Of a DNA stretch of 32,000 nucleotides, positions 11,188-19,641 are shown piece by piece. The first letter of the stretch is position 1, and every line of letters begins with the position of its first letter. Position numbers and translations under genes: made by a program. The notes under the pieces were generated by a model. The model saw nothing but the letters and a program-made list of their open reading frames with translations. It was not told where the DNA came from and searched no databases. The stretch lies in NCBI RefSeq assembly GCF_053852315.1, contig NZ_CM132658.1. One strand, written 5' to 3'.

Positions 11188-12441
11188 ATGCTGGAACAAA
11201 TGGGCATTGCCGCGAAGCAAGCCTCGTATAAATTAGCGCAACTCTCCAGCCGCGAAAAAAATCGCGTGCTGGAAAAAATCGCCGATGAACTGGAAGCACA
11301 AAGCGAAATCATCCTCAACGCTAACGCCCAGGATGTTGCTGACGCGCGTGCCAATGGCCTTGGCGAAGCGATGCTTGACCGTCTGGCACTGACGCCCGCA
11401 CGGCTGAAAGGCATTGCCGATGATGTGCGCCAGGTGTGTAACCTCGCCGATCCGGTGGGGCAGGTAATCGATGGCAGCGTACTGGACAGCGGCCTGCGTC
11501 TTGAGCGTCGTCGCGTACCGCTGGGGGTTATTGGCGTGATTTATGAAGCGCGCCCGAACGTGACGGTTGATGTCGCTTCGCTGTGCCTGAAAACCGGTAA
11601 TGCGGTGATCCTGCGCGGTGGCAAAGAAACGTGTCGCACTAACGCTGCAACGGTGGCGGTGATTCAGGACGCCCTGAAATCCTGCGGCTTACCGGCGGGT
11701 GCCGTGCAGGCGATTGATAATCCTGACCGTGCGCTGGTCAGTGAAATGCTGCGTATGGATAAATACATCGACATGCTGATCCCGCGTGGTGGCGCTGGTT
11801 TGCATAAACTGTGCCGTGAACAGTCGACAATCCCGGTGATCACAGGTGGTATAGGCGTATGCCATATTTACGTTGATGAAAGTGTAGAGATCGCTGAAGC
11901 ATTAAAAGTGATCGTCAACGCGAAAACTCAGCGTCCGAGCACATGTAATACGGTTGAAACGTTGCTGGTGAATAAAAACATCGCCGATAGCTTCCTGCCC
12001 GCATTAAGCAAACAAATGGCGGAAAGCGGCGTGACATTACACGCAGATGCAGCTGCACTGGCGCAGTTGCAGGCAGGCCCTGCGAAGGTGGTTGCTGTTA
12101 AAGCCGAAGAGTATGACGATGAGTTTCTGTCATTAGATTTGAACGTCAAAATCGTCAGCGATCTTGACGATGCCATCGCCCATATTCGTGAACACGGCAC
12201 ACAACACTCCGATGCGATCCTGACCCGCGATATGCGCAACGCCCAGCGTTTTGTTAACGAAGTGGATTCGTCCGCTGTTTACGTTAACGCCTCTACGCGT
12301 TTTACCGACGGCGGCCAGTTTGGTCTGGGTGCGGAAGTGGCGGTAAGCACACAAAAACTCCACGCGCGTGGCCCAATGGGGCTGGAAGCACTGACCACTT
12401 ACAAGTGGATCGGCATTGGTGATTACACCATTCGTGCGTAA
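11188..12441 (+). CDS. proA: Gamma-glutamyl phosphate reductase
   Basis: 417 aa, recognised; 11 nt downstream of proB. Confidence 0.97.
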   Translation: MLEQMGIAAKQASYKLAQLSSREKNRVLEKIADELEAQSEIILNANAQDVADARANGLGEAMLDRLALTPARLKGIADDVRQVCNLADPVGQVIDGSVLDSGLRLERRRVPLGVIGVIYEARPNVTVDVASLCLKTGNAVILRGGKETCRTNAATVAVIQDALKSCGLPAGAVQAIDNPDRALVSEMLRMDKYIDMLIPRGGAGLHKLCREQSTIPVITGGIGVCHIYVDESVEIAEALKVIVNAKTQRPSTCNTVETLLVNKNIADSFLPALSKQMAESGVTLHADAAALAQLQAGPAKVVAVKAEEYDDEFLSLDLNVKIVSDLDDAIAHIREHGTQHSDAILTRDMRNAQRFVNEVDSSAVYVNASTRFTDGGQFGLGAEVAVSTQKLHARGPMGLEALTTYKWIGIGDYTIRA

Positions 12442-12555
12442 ATAAAACCGGGTGATGCAAAAGTAGCCATTTGATTCACAAGGCCATTGACGCATCGCCC
12501 GGTTAGTTTTAACCTTGTCCACCGTGATTCACGTTCGTGAACATGTCCTTTCAGG

Positions 12556-12631
12556 GCCGATATAGCTCAGTTGGTAGAGCAGCGCATTCGTAATGCGAAG
12601 GTCGTAGGTTCGACTCCTATTATCGGCACCA
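12556..12631 (+). tRNA. thrW: tRNA-Thr (anticodon CGT)
   Basis: gccgatatagctcagttggtagagcagcgcattcgtaatgcgaaggtcgtaggttcgactcctattatcggcacca: full cloverleaf, 7-bp acceptor stem gccgata/tatcggc, anticodon cgt, encoded CCA. Confidence 0.97.
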
Positions 12632-12744
12632 TCTCCACTTCTTCAAACATCCGTATTTATCCATAACCGTACTGTTTTATAAAAGATTTTTTGTTTTTAT
12701 TGTCCGTATTAGTCCATAACCTTCCAGTAGAATCCAGTACTAAA

Positions 12745-12753
12745 TGTGTATAG
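12745..12753 (+). promoter_or_regulatory. Candidate integrase arm-type site (TGTGTATAG), direct orientation
   Basis: tgtgtatag; identical copies at 23279 and 23291, inverted copy at 12788. Confidence 0.45.
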
Positions 12754-12787
12754 GATTATGTATATGTTCCTGTTCGATTTTGGAATT

Positions 12788-12796
12788 CTATACACA
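12788..12796 (-). promoter_or_regulatory. Candidate integrase arm-type site, inverted, overlapping the int start codon
   Basis: ctatacaca, the reverse complement of tgtgtatag. Confidence 0.4.
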
Positions 12797-13962
12797 TGCC
12801 CCTAAATGATATGCAGATTCGCCGTGCTAAACCTGAAGCTAAAGCCTATACACTTGGGGATGGGCAAGGGTTGTCTTTACTTGTAGAGCCAAATGGAAGT
12901 AAAAGCTGGCGATTTCGTTATCGCTATGCCGGTAAACCCAAAATGATCTCGCTTGGTGTTTACCCAACGATCACTCTTGCTGATGCTCGTTCCCGTCGTG
13001 ATGAAGCTCGAAAACTTGTGGCAGAAGGAAAGAACCCTAGTGAGGTTCGAAAAGAGCAAAAGCTGGCTCTGCAAACAGAGTCAGAGAACGCCTTCGAAAA
13101 GATAGCCAGAGAGTGGCATCAACTGAAGTCTACCAAATGGTCGGCGGGATATGCATCAGACATCATGGAAGCGTTTAAGAACGATATTTTTCCTTATGTG
13201 GGAACAAGGCCAGTGGGAGAGATTAAACCGCTAGAACTGCTTAATGTGCTGCGTAAAATCGAAAAGCGCGGTGCATTAGAAAAAATGCGCAAAGTTCGGC
13301 AGCGATGCTCAGAAGTTTTCCGCTATGCCATTGCTACTGGAAGGGCTGAGTTTAACCCTGCTGCGGATCTTTCAAGCGCCCTCAATGTACACCAATCAAA
13401 TCATTTCCCGTTCTTAAAGGCTAATGAGATACCTGATTTTCTTCGCGCCTTAAACGGATATACCGGAAGTCGGCTTGTCCTGATTGCCACGAAATTGCTC
13501 ATGATTACAGGTGTTAGAACCATCGAATTACGTGCGGCATTATGGTCAGAATTTGATTTAGATAACGCTATTTGGGAAATTCCTGCTGAAAGGATGAAAA
13601 TGCGCAGATCACACCTTGTGCCTTTGTCGACTCAAGCGTTAGATTTGCTAAATGAACTCAAGATGATGACAGGGAAGTATAGTTATGTTTTTCCGGGGCG
13701 GAACGATCCGAACAAGCCTATGAGTGAGGCGAGTATTAACCAGGTTATCAAACGTATTGGATATGCTGGGAAGGTCACTGGTCATGGTTTTCGTCATACT
13801 TTTTCTACAATTCTCCATGATCAAGGTTTTGATAGTGCCTGGATTGAACTCCAGTTGGCTCATGTAGATAAAAATAACATTCGAGGTACTTATAACCATG
13901 CAAATTATATGTCGAATCGCAAGTGCATGATGCAATGGTACAGTGATAGAATTTTAAAATAA
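12796..13962 (+). CDS. int: P4-type tyrosine recombinase (site-specific integrase)
   Basis: 388 aa; N-terminal DUF4102-like (RRAKPEAKAYTLGDGQGLSLLVEPNGSKSWRFRYR) and catalytic motifs TGVRTIELRAALW, GHGFRHTFSTILHD and the terminal-region Y; directly downstream of a tRNA. Confidence 0.95.
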   Translation: MPLNDMQIRRAKPEAKAYTLGDGQGLSLLVEPNGSKSWRFRYRYAGKPKMISLGVYPTITLADARSRRDEARKLVAEGKNPSEVRKEQKLALQTESENAFEKIAREWHQLKSTKWSAGYASDIMEAFKNDIFPYVGTRPVGEIKPLELLNVLRKIEKRGALEKMRKVRQRCSEVFRYAIATGRAEFNPAADLSSALNVHQSNHFPFLKANEIPDFLRALNGYTGSRLVLIATKLLMITGVRTIELRAALWSEFDLDNAIWEIPAERMKMRRSHLVPLSTQALDLLNELKMMTGKYSYVFPGRNDPNKPMSEASINQVIKRIGYAGKVTGHGFRHTFSTILHDQGFDSAWIELQLAHVDKNNIRGTYNHANYMSNRKCMMQWYSDRILK

Positions 13963-13973
13963 GGCAAAGCTAA

Positions 13974-15218
13974 ATGAATAAACTCAGTATAATAATGGAT
14001 AGAATCCTTAGTGCTTATGAAAATGAATTTTTTGTAATCATAGGAAAAAATGGGGAAGGTAAAAGCCAATTGTTATTGGATATTATCAAAAGTATTGCTG
14101 CCTCGGACCTTCATTTCAAAAACTTAATTTCCGTTTCTACAAGTGCTTTTGATCGTTTTCCTTTGAATGTTAGAGCCCCAAAAAACTATGAGCCAATGAC
14201 CTACTCATATGTAGGAGTTAGAGGAGGGACTAATAATGTTCTTTCATTAATGAGTTCTGTTTCAACAGGTTTTATATCGAAATATATTTCATCGCCTAAG
14301 GATTTAAATAGATTTAGTGCAGTTCTAGAAGAGATAGGATTTTCGACAAATTTTGAATATGTATATAAATTGATTATTAATCCAGAGGGTTTACATCGAC
14401 AAACTATGCTAGTTGAAGATGAATATTATATATTTGATAGGAATAAAAGGACAAGGTTAGATTGTACTGAACAAGAGTTTGAGGAAATTCTACATTTTGT
14501 TAAATATGTTAAGGGTATTTGTGATAAAAACAATAACTTTAGGTTATCAGTGAATCCAGGGAGGGATTACCTCAATGATAATAACTCAATGGGAAATATT
14601 GGCTTCTTCCATTACATATTTAAGATGATCTCCCTTGGTATTGTTAAGTTAATTGATCTTAGGATGGAGAAATATTCTAAAGGAGTCATCTCATTACGAA
14701 GAGCAAGCTCGGGAGAACAATGTATATTACTTTCAATTTTGGGAATTGCTGCAAATATAACTGATAATTCAATTATATTGATTGATGAACCTGAAATTAG
14801 CTTGCATCCAGAGTGGCAACAACGTTATATAAATTTGTTGATGAATACGTTTGGAGGGTTCTACAATTGCAAATTTATAATCGCTACTCACTCCCCTTTG
14901 GTAATATCCAATTTAAAGTCTTCAAATTGCTATATTTTACCTATGGCTGAGTCTGAGATGATAAATGCCAAAGATTATAACAATCGGTCTTCTGACTATC
15001 AACTAGCAGAGTTATTTGATTTTCCTGGTTTCCAAAATGAATATATCTTAAGAACAGCAATAAATTTGTTTGCTAAAATCCGAGCCAATAAATCATTCGA
15101 TAAAGATGATGAGAAAACATTAAGCAGGCTTTCTAGTTTTAAATGCAGTCTAGAAGAAAAAGATCCAAACTATGATTTGATTAGCGCCTTGGAAAGCATG
15201 AAGGTGATATATGGCTGA
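13974..15218 (+). CDS. ABC/OLD-like ATPase, Septu PtuA-like
   Basis: 414 aa: Walker A GKNGEGKS, signature RRASSGEQ, Walker B NSIILIDEPEISLHPEWQQRY, switch histidine ATHSPLV; partnered with an HNH gene by an 8-bp overlap. Confidence 0.8.
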   Translation: MNKLSIIMDRILSAYENEFFVIIGKNGEGKSQLLLDIIKSIAASDLHFKNLISVSTSAFDRFPLNVRAPKNYEPMTYSYVGVRGGTNNVLSLMSSVSTGFISKYISSPKDLNRFSAVLEEIGFSTNFEYVYKLIINPEGLHRQTMLVEDEYYIFDRNKRTRLDCTEQEFEEILHFVKYVKGICDKNNNFRLSVNPGRDYLNDNNSMGNIGFFHYIFKMISLGIVKLIDLRMEKYSKGVISLRRASSGEQCILLSILGIAANITDNSIILIDEPEISLHPEWQQRYINLLMNTFGGFYNCKFIIATHSPLVISNLKSSNCYILPMAESEMINAKDYNNRSSDYQLAELFDFPGFQNEYILRTAINLFAKIRANKSFDKDDEKTLSRLSSFKCSLEEKDPNYDLISALESMKVIYG

Positions 15219-15864
15219 TATTAATGAGGCGTATTCTTATACCGATGAACAGCTCGCAGTTATCGAATCTATCAAAGCGCAGGATGGGTTTTCGCATTTA
15301 TCTTGGTCTCATGATGATTTTACGATTATTAAAAGTGAAATCAGAGCGTTCTATCGGAATCAACAGAGAGGGCTTTGTGCTTTTTGTAAAAACCCATTAT
15401 CGTTACAAGCTGCTGCTAATTGTACTGTTGAACATATAATACCTAAATCAAAAAAAGTTAATTATATGTATACACCAAAAAATCTTTGCGTAATTTGTGC
15501 TGACTGTAACGAAATAAAAAGAGCGCAAGAAGTTATCAATGAGGAATATGAAGTTTTAAATAACCCTGAAATAGCTATGTATCCACGTTCGAGTGGTGCT
15601 TTTAATATCGTTCATCCACATTTTGATAATTGGCATGAGCATATTCATAAAATTGGTGCCAGGATATATATAGATAAAACCTTAAAAGGAATTAATACAA
15701 TGAGGGTTTGTAAGCTAAACCGATTTTTTCATCGGCTTGGTGTTTCGGATGAATATGTTAATGATGGGGAATTAGCGTCATTAATGAGTGAATATGTAGA
15801 GTCGAATAATTTTATTAGGAGGGCGGAGATAATTAGCAGGATTAGAGAGATTCTCATTGCGTGA
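15211..15864 (+). CDS. HNH endonuclease, Septu PtuB-like
   Basis: 217 aa: zinc/HNH layout GLCAFCKNP - CTVEHIIPKSKK - NLCVICADCNEIK; ATG 15211 overlaps the ATPase stop at 15216-15218. Confidence 0.8.
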   Translation: MADINEAYSYTDEQLAVIESIKAQDGFSHLSWSHDDFTIIKSEIRAFYRNQQRGLCAFCKNPLSLQAAANCTVEHIIPKSKKVNYMYTPKNLCVICADCNEIKRAQEVINEEYEVLNNPEIAMYPRSSGAFNIVHPHFDNWHEHIHKIGARIYIDKTLKGINTMRVCKLNRFFHRLGVSDEYVNDGELASLMSEYVESNNFIRRAEIISRIREILIA

Positions 15865-15894
15865 GATTTATTTGTTTGTCGCTGAATGTGCGCA

Positions 15895-15913
15895 GTGCTT
15901 TCCCCGCCTCGCC
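15895..15913 (-). other. cos site (P2/P4-type 19-nt cohesive end sequence)
   Basis: gtgctttccccgcctcgcc is the exact reverse complement of the P2/P4 cohesive end GGCGAGGCGGGGAAAGCAC. Confidence 0.9.
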
Positions 15914-15936
15914 CGCCCGCTTTGCGGGGCGGTTTT
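15911..15936 (+). terminator. GC-rich hairpin with T-run downstream of the ATPase-HNH module, adjacent to cos
   Basis: cccgcccgc-ttt-gcggggcgg-tttt. Confidence 0.65.
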
Positions 15937-16077
15937 AATGCAGTTGCACTGACACGCTCAGACCGTGCCGGGAATGGCGCGGTATACAGAAAATGAGGCA
16001 GGAAAACGCATGCAAAGCCATGCACCTTATCGATGCATGGCTTTTTTCAGTAAAAACAGGCGGATTTTCGGGGAATT

Positions 16078-16650
16078 TTACACAGACTGACGTGATGCCA
16101 GTTGCGCACTTTTACGCGAAAAAATCATGTTCTGCGCAGGAGTGAATTTTTCACGGCTGTCATCCACCGAAGCCGCGTCAGGCCTGAATCCGATGGTCGT
16201 TAAAATGTCGCTATCCTGTGCGGAATAATTAATTTTTTCCCCCTTCGCAAGCCAGGACAGAAGGGCTTCACGCAGGGCATCTGTGGCACGCTGTATGGCA
16301 CAGTTTCGGGCAATGGCCGTCAGCTCACTGTAGCCCATCAGCTCCGGTGCCAGTGCCGCCGCCAGTGCTGTGCCGTGCTGCTGCATAAAATCATTCAGCC
16401 GGTCGCGGATGCTGATGTGCTGAACGGCTTCATGCGAACGAATATAACGACCGGCGGCCTGATTCACCTGCCATTTTCTGACTTCGATAATATTGCGTAA
16501 TTCGTCCAGGCGACTGACGTTTCTGCCTTCTCCTGACAGAAGCCGCAGGTATTCCTGTTCGGCCGCTGCCAGCTCATTTTTGCGTTGCAGCCATGCTGCT
16601 TTGTTATTCTGACAGGTGTCAAAGGCCTGCTGTAAGGCTGTGCTTTCCAT
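16078..16650 (-). CDS. psu: Polarity suppression protein Psu (anti-Rho, capsid decoration)
   Basis: 190 aa, MESTALQQAFDTCQNNKAAWLQRKNELAAAEQEYLRLLSGEGRNVSRLDELRN...; recognised P4 late protein. Confidence 0.93.
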   Translation of the reverse strand: MESTALQQAFDTCQNNKAAWLQRKNELAAAEQEYLRLLSGEGRNVSRLDELRNIIEVRKWQVNQAAGRYIRSHEAVQHISIRDRLNDFMQQHGTALAAALAPELMGYSELTAIARNCAIQRATDALREALLSWLAKGEKINYSAQDSDILTTIGFRPDAASVDDSREKFTPAQNMIFSRKSAQLASRQSV

Positions 16651-16723
16651 CGTTATCTCTTTCTCATCATGCTGAAGAATAAAAATACGGTGTGCGGCGA
16701 CGGCCGGTGTTAACCGGCAGCCC

Positions 16724-17224
16724 TCATTCCAGACGCAGCGAATATGATTGTGTTTTTAAGCGTACTGGCGGCAGTTCCTGTTTTTCATGCAGGCTTTCTG
16801 CCAGTTCGTCCGGCGTGACCGGGCGGACAATGAAACGGTTGATGGTCTGAAGCGTTTTAAACACCAGACCACAGCCCGGATCCGTGCACACATAAAAACG
16901 CTCGGTGACTTCCTGAGACAGACGCCGCGATGTTCTTGACAGTGCAAGGCCTTTACATCTCCGACAACAATATCCGGTAACAAGCATTCTTTTCGGGCGT
17001 TTCATACTGCCGGAGGCTGACGTCAGTGAATCGCGGTATCTCTGTTTGCCTGAAATGTATTCCATTCCTGAATCTTTACTGTCAGAGAAAAAGCTTTCAC
17101 TCGCTTCAAATGTCGCAGAGCAATAAATATTCCGGCACTGTGCAATCATTATCTTGGTGCCATCGTCCATGAAATGTGCGCGGCGGGTGTGAGCAACATG
17201 TCCACACGACGGGCAGTAAATCAT
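16724..17224 (-). CDS. delta: P4 delta, Ogr-like late transcription activator
   Basis: 166 aa with two Ogr-like Cys4 zinc modules (MIYCPSCGHVAHTRRA..CRNIYCSATF and VTGYCCRRCKGLA...YVCTDPGCGLVFKT). Confidence 0.93.
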   Translation of the reverse strand: MIYCPSCGHVAHTRRAHFMDDGTKIMIAQCRNIYCSATFEASESFFSDSKDSGMEYISGKQRYRDSLTSASGSMKRPKRMLVTGYCCRRCKGLALSRTSRRLSQEVTERFYVCTDPGCGLVFKTLQTINRFIVRPVTPDELAESLHEKQELPPVRLKTQSYSLRLE

Positions 17225-17955
17225 GACAGCAGTCCTCTGGCCTTAAGCACTGCTCCCTGCTGGTCTATTTTGTCCTGCCACACCTTGCGCTGTGCCGGTG
17301 TGCCTGCCACCTCATAATCCATGTGAGGAAGTGTTGCCGCTGACAGTCCGGTCAGCCGGAGAACCGGCTCGCCGGTGAGGCTGATTTGCATCTGTTTAAT
17401 TTTCTGTTCCAGCGATGATTTCACCTGCTGCATGACAACTTTATCGGGTGCGACGTAGCCCTGATGGCCGGTGGTGTTGGCGAGCGGATTTTCCTGTACC
17501 AGGATGCTCAGATGCATTGCCCGGACAAGCGCCTCACAGGTTTCATTCAGGGCGTGTTCCAGCTCATGCTCTGCATACAGACTCAGCAGGTGATGATGTG
17601 CCTTCCGGTAGGCGGTGGCCGTGCTGTCACACGCCCCTTTCAGGCGTTCACGTTCAAAATTCAGCACCACGGCCAGATTGTCATATTCCTGTACCAGCTC
17701 CCGGCGTGCCACGCGCTCAATGTGGCGCTGTTTCAGCTCGTCGCTCAGGACACCACCGGCTGCACGAAAGGCCGTGCGCCAGTCTTCAGCGTCGTTTCCG
17801 TCGGCCTGCGCCAGCGCATTTTTTTCCTGCTCTGCCCGTTCAATGGCCGTGACGGTCTCATCCATCAGGCGGGCGTTCTCAAGGTGGGCGGCTCTGGCCT
17901 TTTCCAGTTGTGCCAGTGCGGGTTGCAGATATTCAGGGATGGTGTTGTCAGACAT
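17221..17955 (-). CDS. sid: Capsid size determination protein Sid
   Basis: 244 aa from MSDNTIPEYLQPALAQLEKARAAHLENARLMDETVTAIERAEQ. The track ORF extends 22 codons upstream. Confidence 0.9.
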   Translation of the reverse strand: MSDNTIPEYLQPALAQLEKARAAHLENARLMDETVTAIERAEQEKNALAQADGNDAEDWRTAFRAAGGVLSDELKQRHIERVARRELVQEYDNLAVVLNFERERLKGACDSTATAYRKAHHHLLSLYAEHELEHALNETCEALVRAMHLSILVQENPLANTTGHQGYVAPDKVVMQQVKSSLEQKIKQMQISLTGEPVLRLTGLSAATLPHMDYEVAGTPAQRKVWQDKIDQQGAVLKARGLLS

Positions 17956-18123
17956 TTTCCGGCTCCTCGTCACTTCAGGTTGAGAAAATTGTGACGTACA
18001 CCGGACAACAACACGACGCATTGCAGATGTGCCAGCCCTGACACAGGAGACTCATCCTCACACCGGCAAGCCAGGAAAAGGTCGCAGGAAAAACCGGCTT
18101 ACTGTTTGTTTTTTTATATTTTA

Positions 18124-18228
18124 CTGTTCACCTCTGTTCACCTTAATAAAAAAGATAAGTAATACAGTAAGTTAAAGGGTGAACAATCGCAGTAATGACT
18201 GTTCACCGTCTGTTCACCACTGTTCACC
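18124..18228. repeat. Iteron cluster, P4 crr-like (alpha-protein binding repeats)
   Basis: CTGTTCACC at 18124, 18134, 18199, 18210 and 18220, plus GGTGAACAA at 18178. Confidence 0.8.
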
Positions 18229-18507
18229 CGTTCATGGACTTTTTGTGCTGTTTATTACTTTTTATTTTTATTAATTCGCCGGGAATGAATAAGAAAAAAC
18301 GATTTGTATTTCACTATAAAAATTACGAATTGCTTTAAGTGGCTTTAAATGACTTTAAGTGGAGGCGAACAAAAAACACACAAGCATTGTAAGACTGCCG
18401 GAACAAATCCCCCCTGTTGCGTCTGCTGAAAATATTCACAAAATAAAGCGCTACCCGAAGCCGGACGGACTTATCCGGTGCTGTATGGACATTAACGAGG
18501 TAGCCCG

Positions 18508-18774
18508 ATGCAAGCTGTTTTTTCTTCCCCGTCTCCCGCCCCTGTGACGCCACTGATGCCGCTGCCGGACATCACGCAGGAGCGTTTTTTACGTCTGCCG
18601 GAAGTGATGCACCTGTGCGGCCTGTCACGCTCGACCATCTACGAACTCATCCGTAAGGGGGAATTTCCGCCGCAGGTGAGTCTTGGCGGTAAAAATGTGG
18701 CCTGGCTGCACTCTGAAGTCACCGCATGGATGGCCGGGCGCATTGCCGGACGCAAACGGGGGTACGACGCATGA
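18508..18774 (+). CDS. vis: AlpA-family regulator / P4 Vis-like excisionase (ORF88)
   Basis: 88 aa with winged-HTH AlpA motif ([54 protein letters not shown]). Confidence 0.88.
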   Translation: MQAVFSSPSPAPVTPLMPLPDITQERFLRLPEVMHLCGLSRSTIYELIRKGEFPPQVSLGGKNVAWLHSEVTAWMAGRIAGRKRGYDA

Positions 18775-19039
18775 TGATGCCCGCTCTGCAAAAAGTCCCT
18801 TTTTCTGGCTTGCCTTTTTCCGGCATTTGCGGATATAGTTTTTCCGCTGCCGCAAAATCGGCAGCCGGGCGTAGGAACCCGTGTAACTCGAAGGCGACAT
18901 ATGACGCGCCATGCGTCTTTTTTTGTGTCGCAATCAACGCCACAGAGCGCCAGATTATGGTGTGGCGTGTGGTTTGCCGTGCAGGTATGATCCTGTTCGC
19001 AATCGCATGTTATGCCACTGAGTCAATGGTAGCTCAGGC

Positions 19040-19135
19040 GGGGCAGCCTCCGGGCTGGCCGGTATTCTTCGAGGCCGGTATTCCTACCCCCGTCTGGGCT
19101 ATCGCCATCGAGCGTAGGAACTCCGGCGATAGCAG
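19040..19135 (+). ncRNA. Predicted P4-type CI immunity RNA (approximate limits)
   Basis: Structured leader with stem gctatcgcc/ggcgatagc (19098-19106/19125-19133), hairpin cagcc/ggctg (19044-19057) and seqB-like ttcctac complementary to flanking gtaggaa copies; located upstream of kil. Confidence 0.6.
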
Positions 19136-19163
19136 TTATTTGCTACTCGAAGGAGACTGCCTT

Positions 19164-19361
19164 ATGGCTACGACCCTTACCCCTTCACACCCTGAATTTG
19201 TCTTTGTGTTTGCGGCTGTCCGTCGCGCAGACCGTCATCCCCGTATCTGCATGCTTCGCACCGTCGCCGGTGATGAACGCAGCGCCCGCCGTTCCCTTGT
19301 CCGTGACTATGTGCTCTCCCTTGCTGCCCGTCTGCCGGTGGTGGAGGTGTCCCGTGCGTAA
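19164..19361 (+). CDS. kil: P4 Kil protein
   Basis: 65 aa [65 protein letters not shown]; SD aggag upstream; in frame inside the 18726..19361 track ORF. Confidence 0.75.
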   Translation: MATTLTPSHPEFVFVFAAVRRADRHPRICMLRTVAGDERSARRSLVRDYVLSLAARLPVVEVSRA

Positions 19362-19641
19362 TAAAAAAGCCCCTCAGACCGTCTCAGCGCGTCATGACGC
19401 CCGTGAACACCTCAGCATTGAGGCTTACCATAAGCTCAACCGCGCCAGCGCCGTATCCCAGTTTGTTGGGGGTGATTTGATTCACCGTGAACTCTCCGGC
19501 CTGCATCAGCTCTACATTCCGCATATTTTCAGCTACCTGAATGAAGATATTGATTTTGTGCTGAATGAGCTGAAAGCCAAAGGCCTGTGCCGCGATTTTC
19601 TCGCCCAGCAGAAAGACCGGGGAGACAGGACGCATGTTTGA
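19354..19641 (+). CDS. epsilon: P4 epsilon, helper-phage derepression protein
   Basis: 95 aa from a GTG start: (M)[81 protein letters not shown]. Confidence 0.82.
   Translation: MRNKKAPQTVSARHDAREHLSIEAYHKLNRASAVSQFVGGDLIHRELSGLHQLYIPHIFSYLNEDIDFVLNELKAKGLCRDFLAQQKDRGDRTHV

Noticed and set aside
12640-12796. CRISPR array or phase-variation cassette near int
   Set aside because: Only two imperfect 19-bp repeats and short 9-bp sites; no regular repeat-spacer structure, so attachment/regulatory sites are the better explanation.
13950-14000. Possible retron (msr/msd plus RT) associated with the ATPase-HNH pair
   Set aside because: Retron effectors can be PtuA/PtuB-like, but only 11 bp separate int from the ATPase gene, and no reverse transcriptase (YADD-type) ORF is in the track.
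18719-18943. Antisense and alternative-frame ORFs in the satellite (e.g. 18625..18933, 20518..21009, 21091..21852)
   Set aside because: Shadows of strongly coding opposite-strand genes (alpha, vis, leader region) in GC-rich DNA, with no independent motif support.
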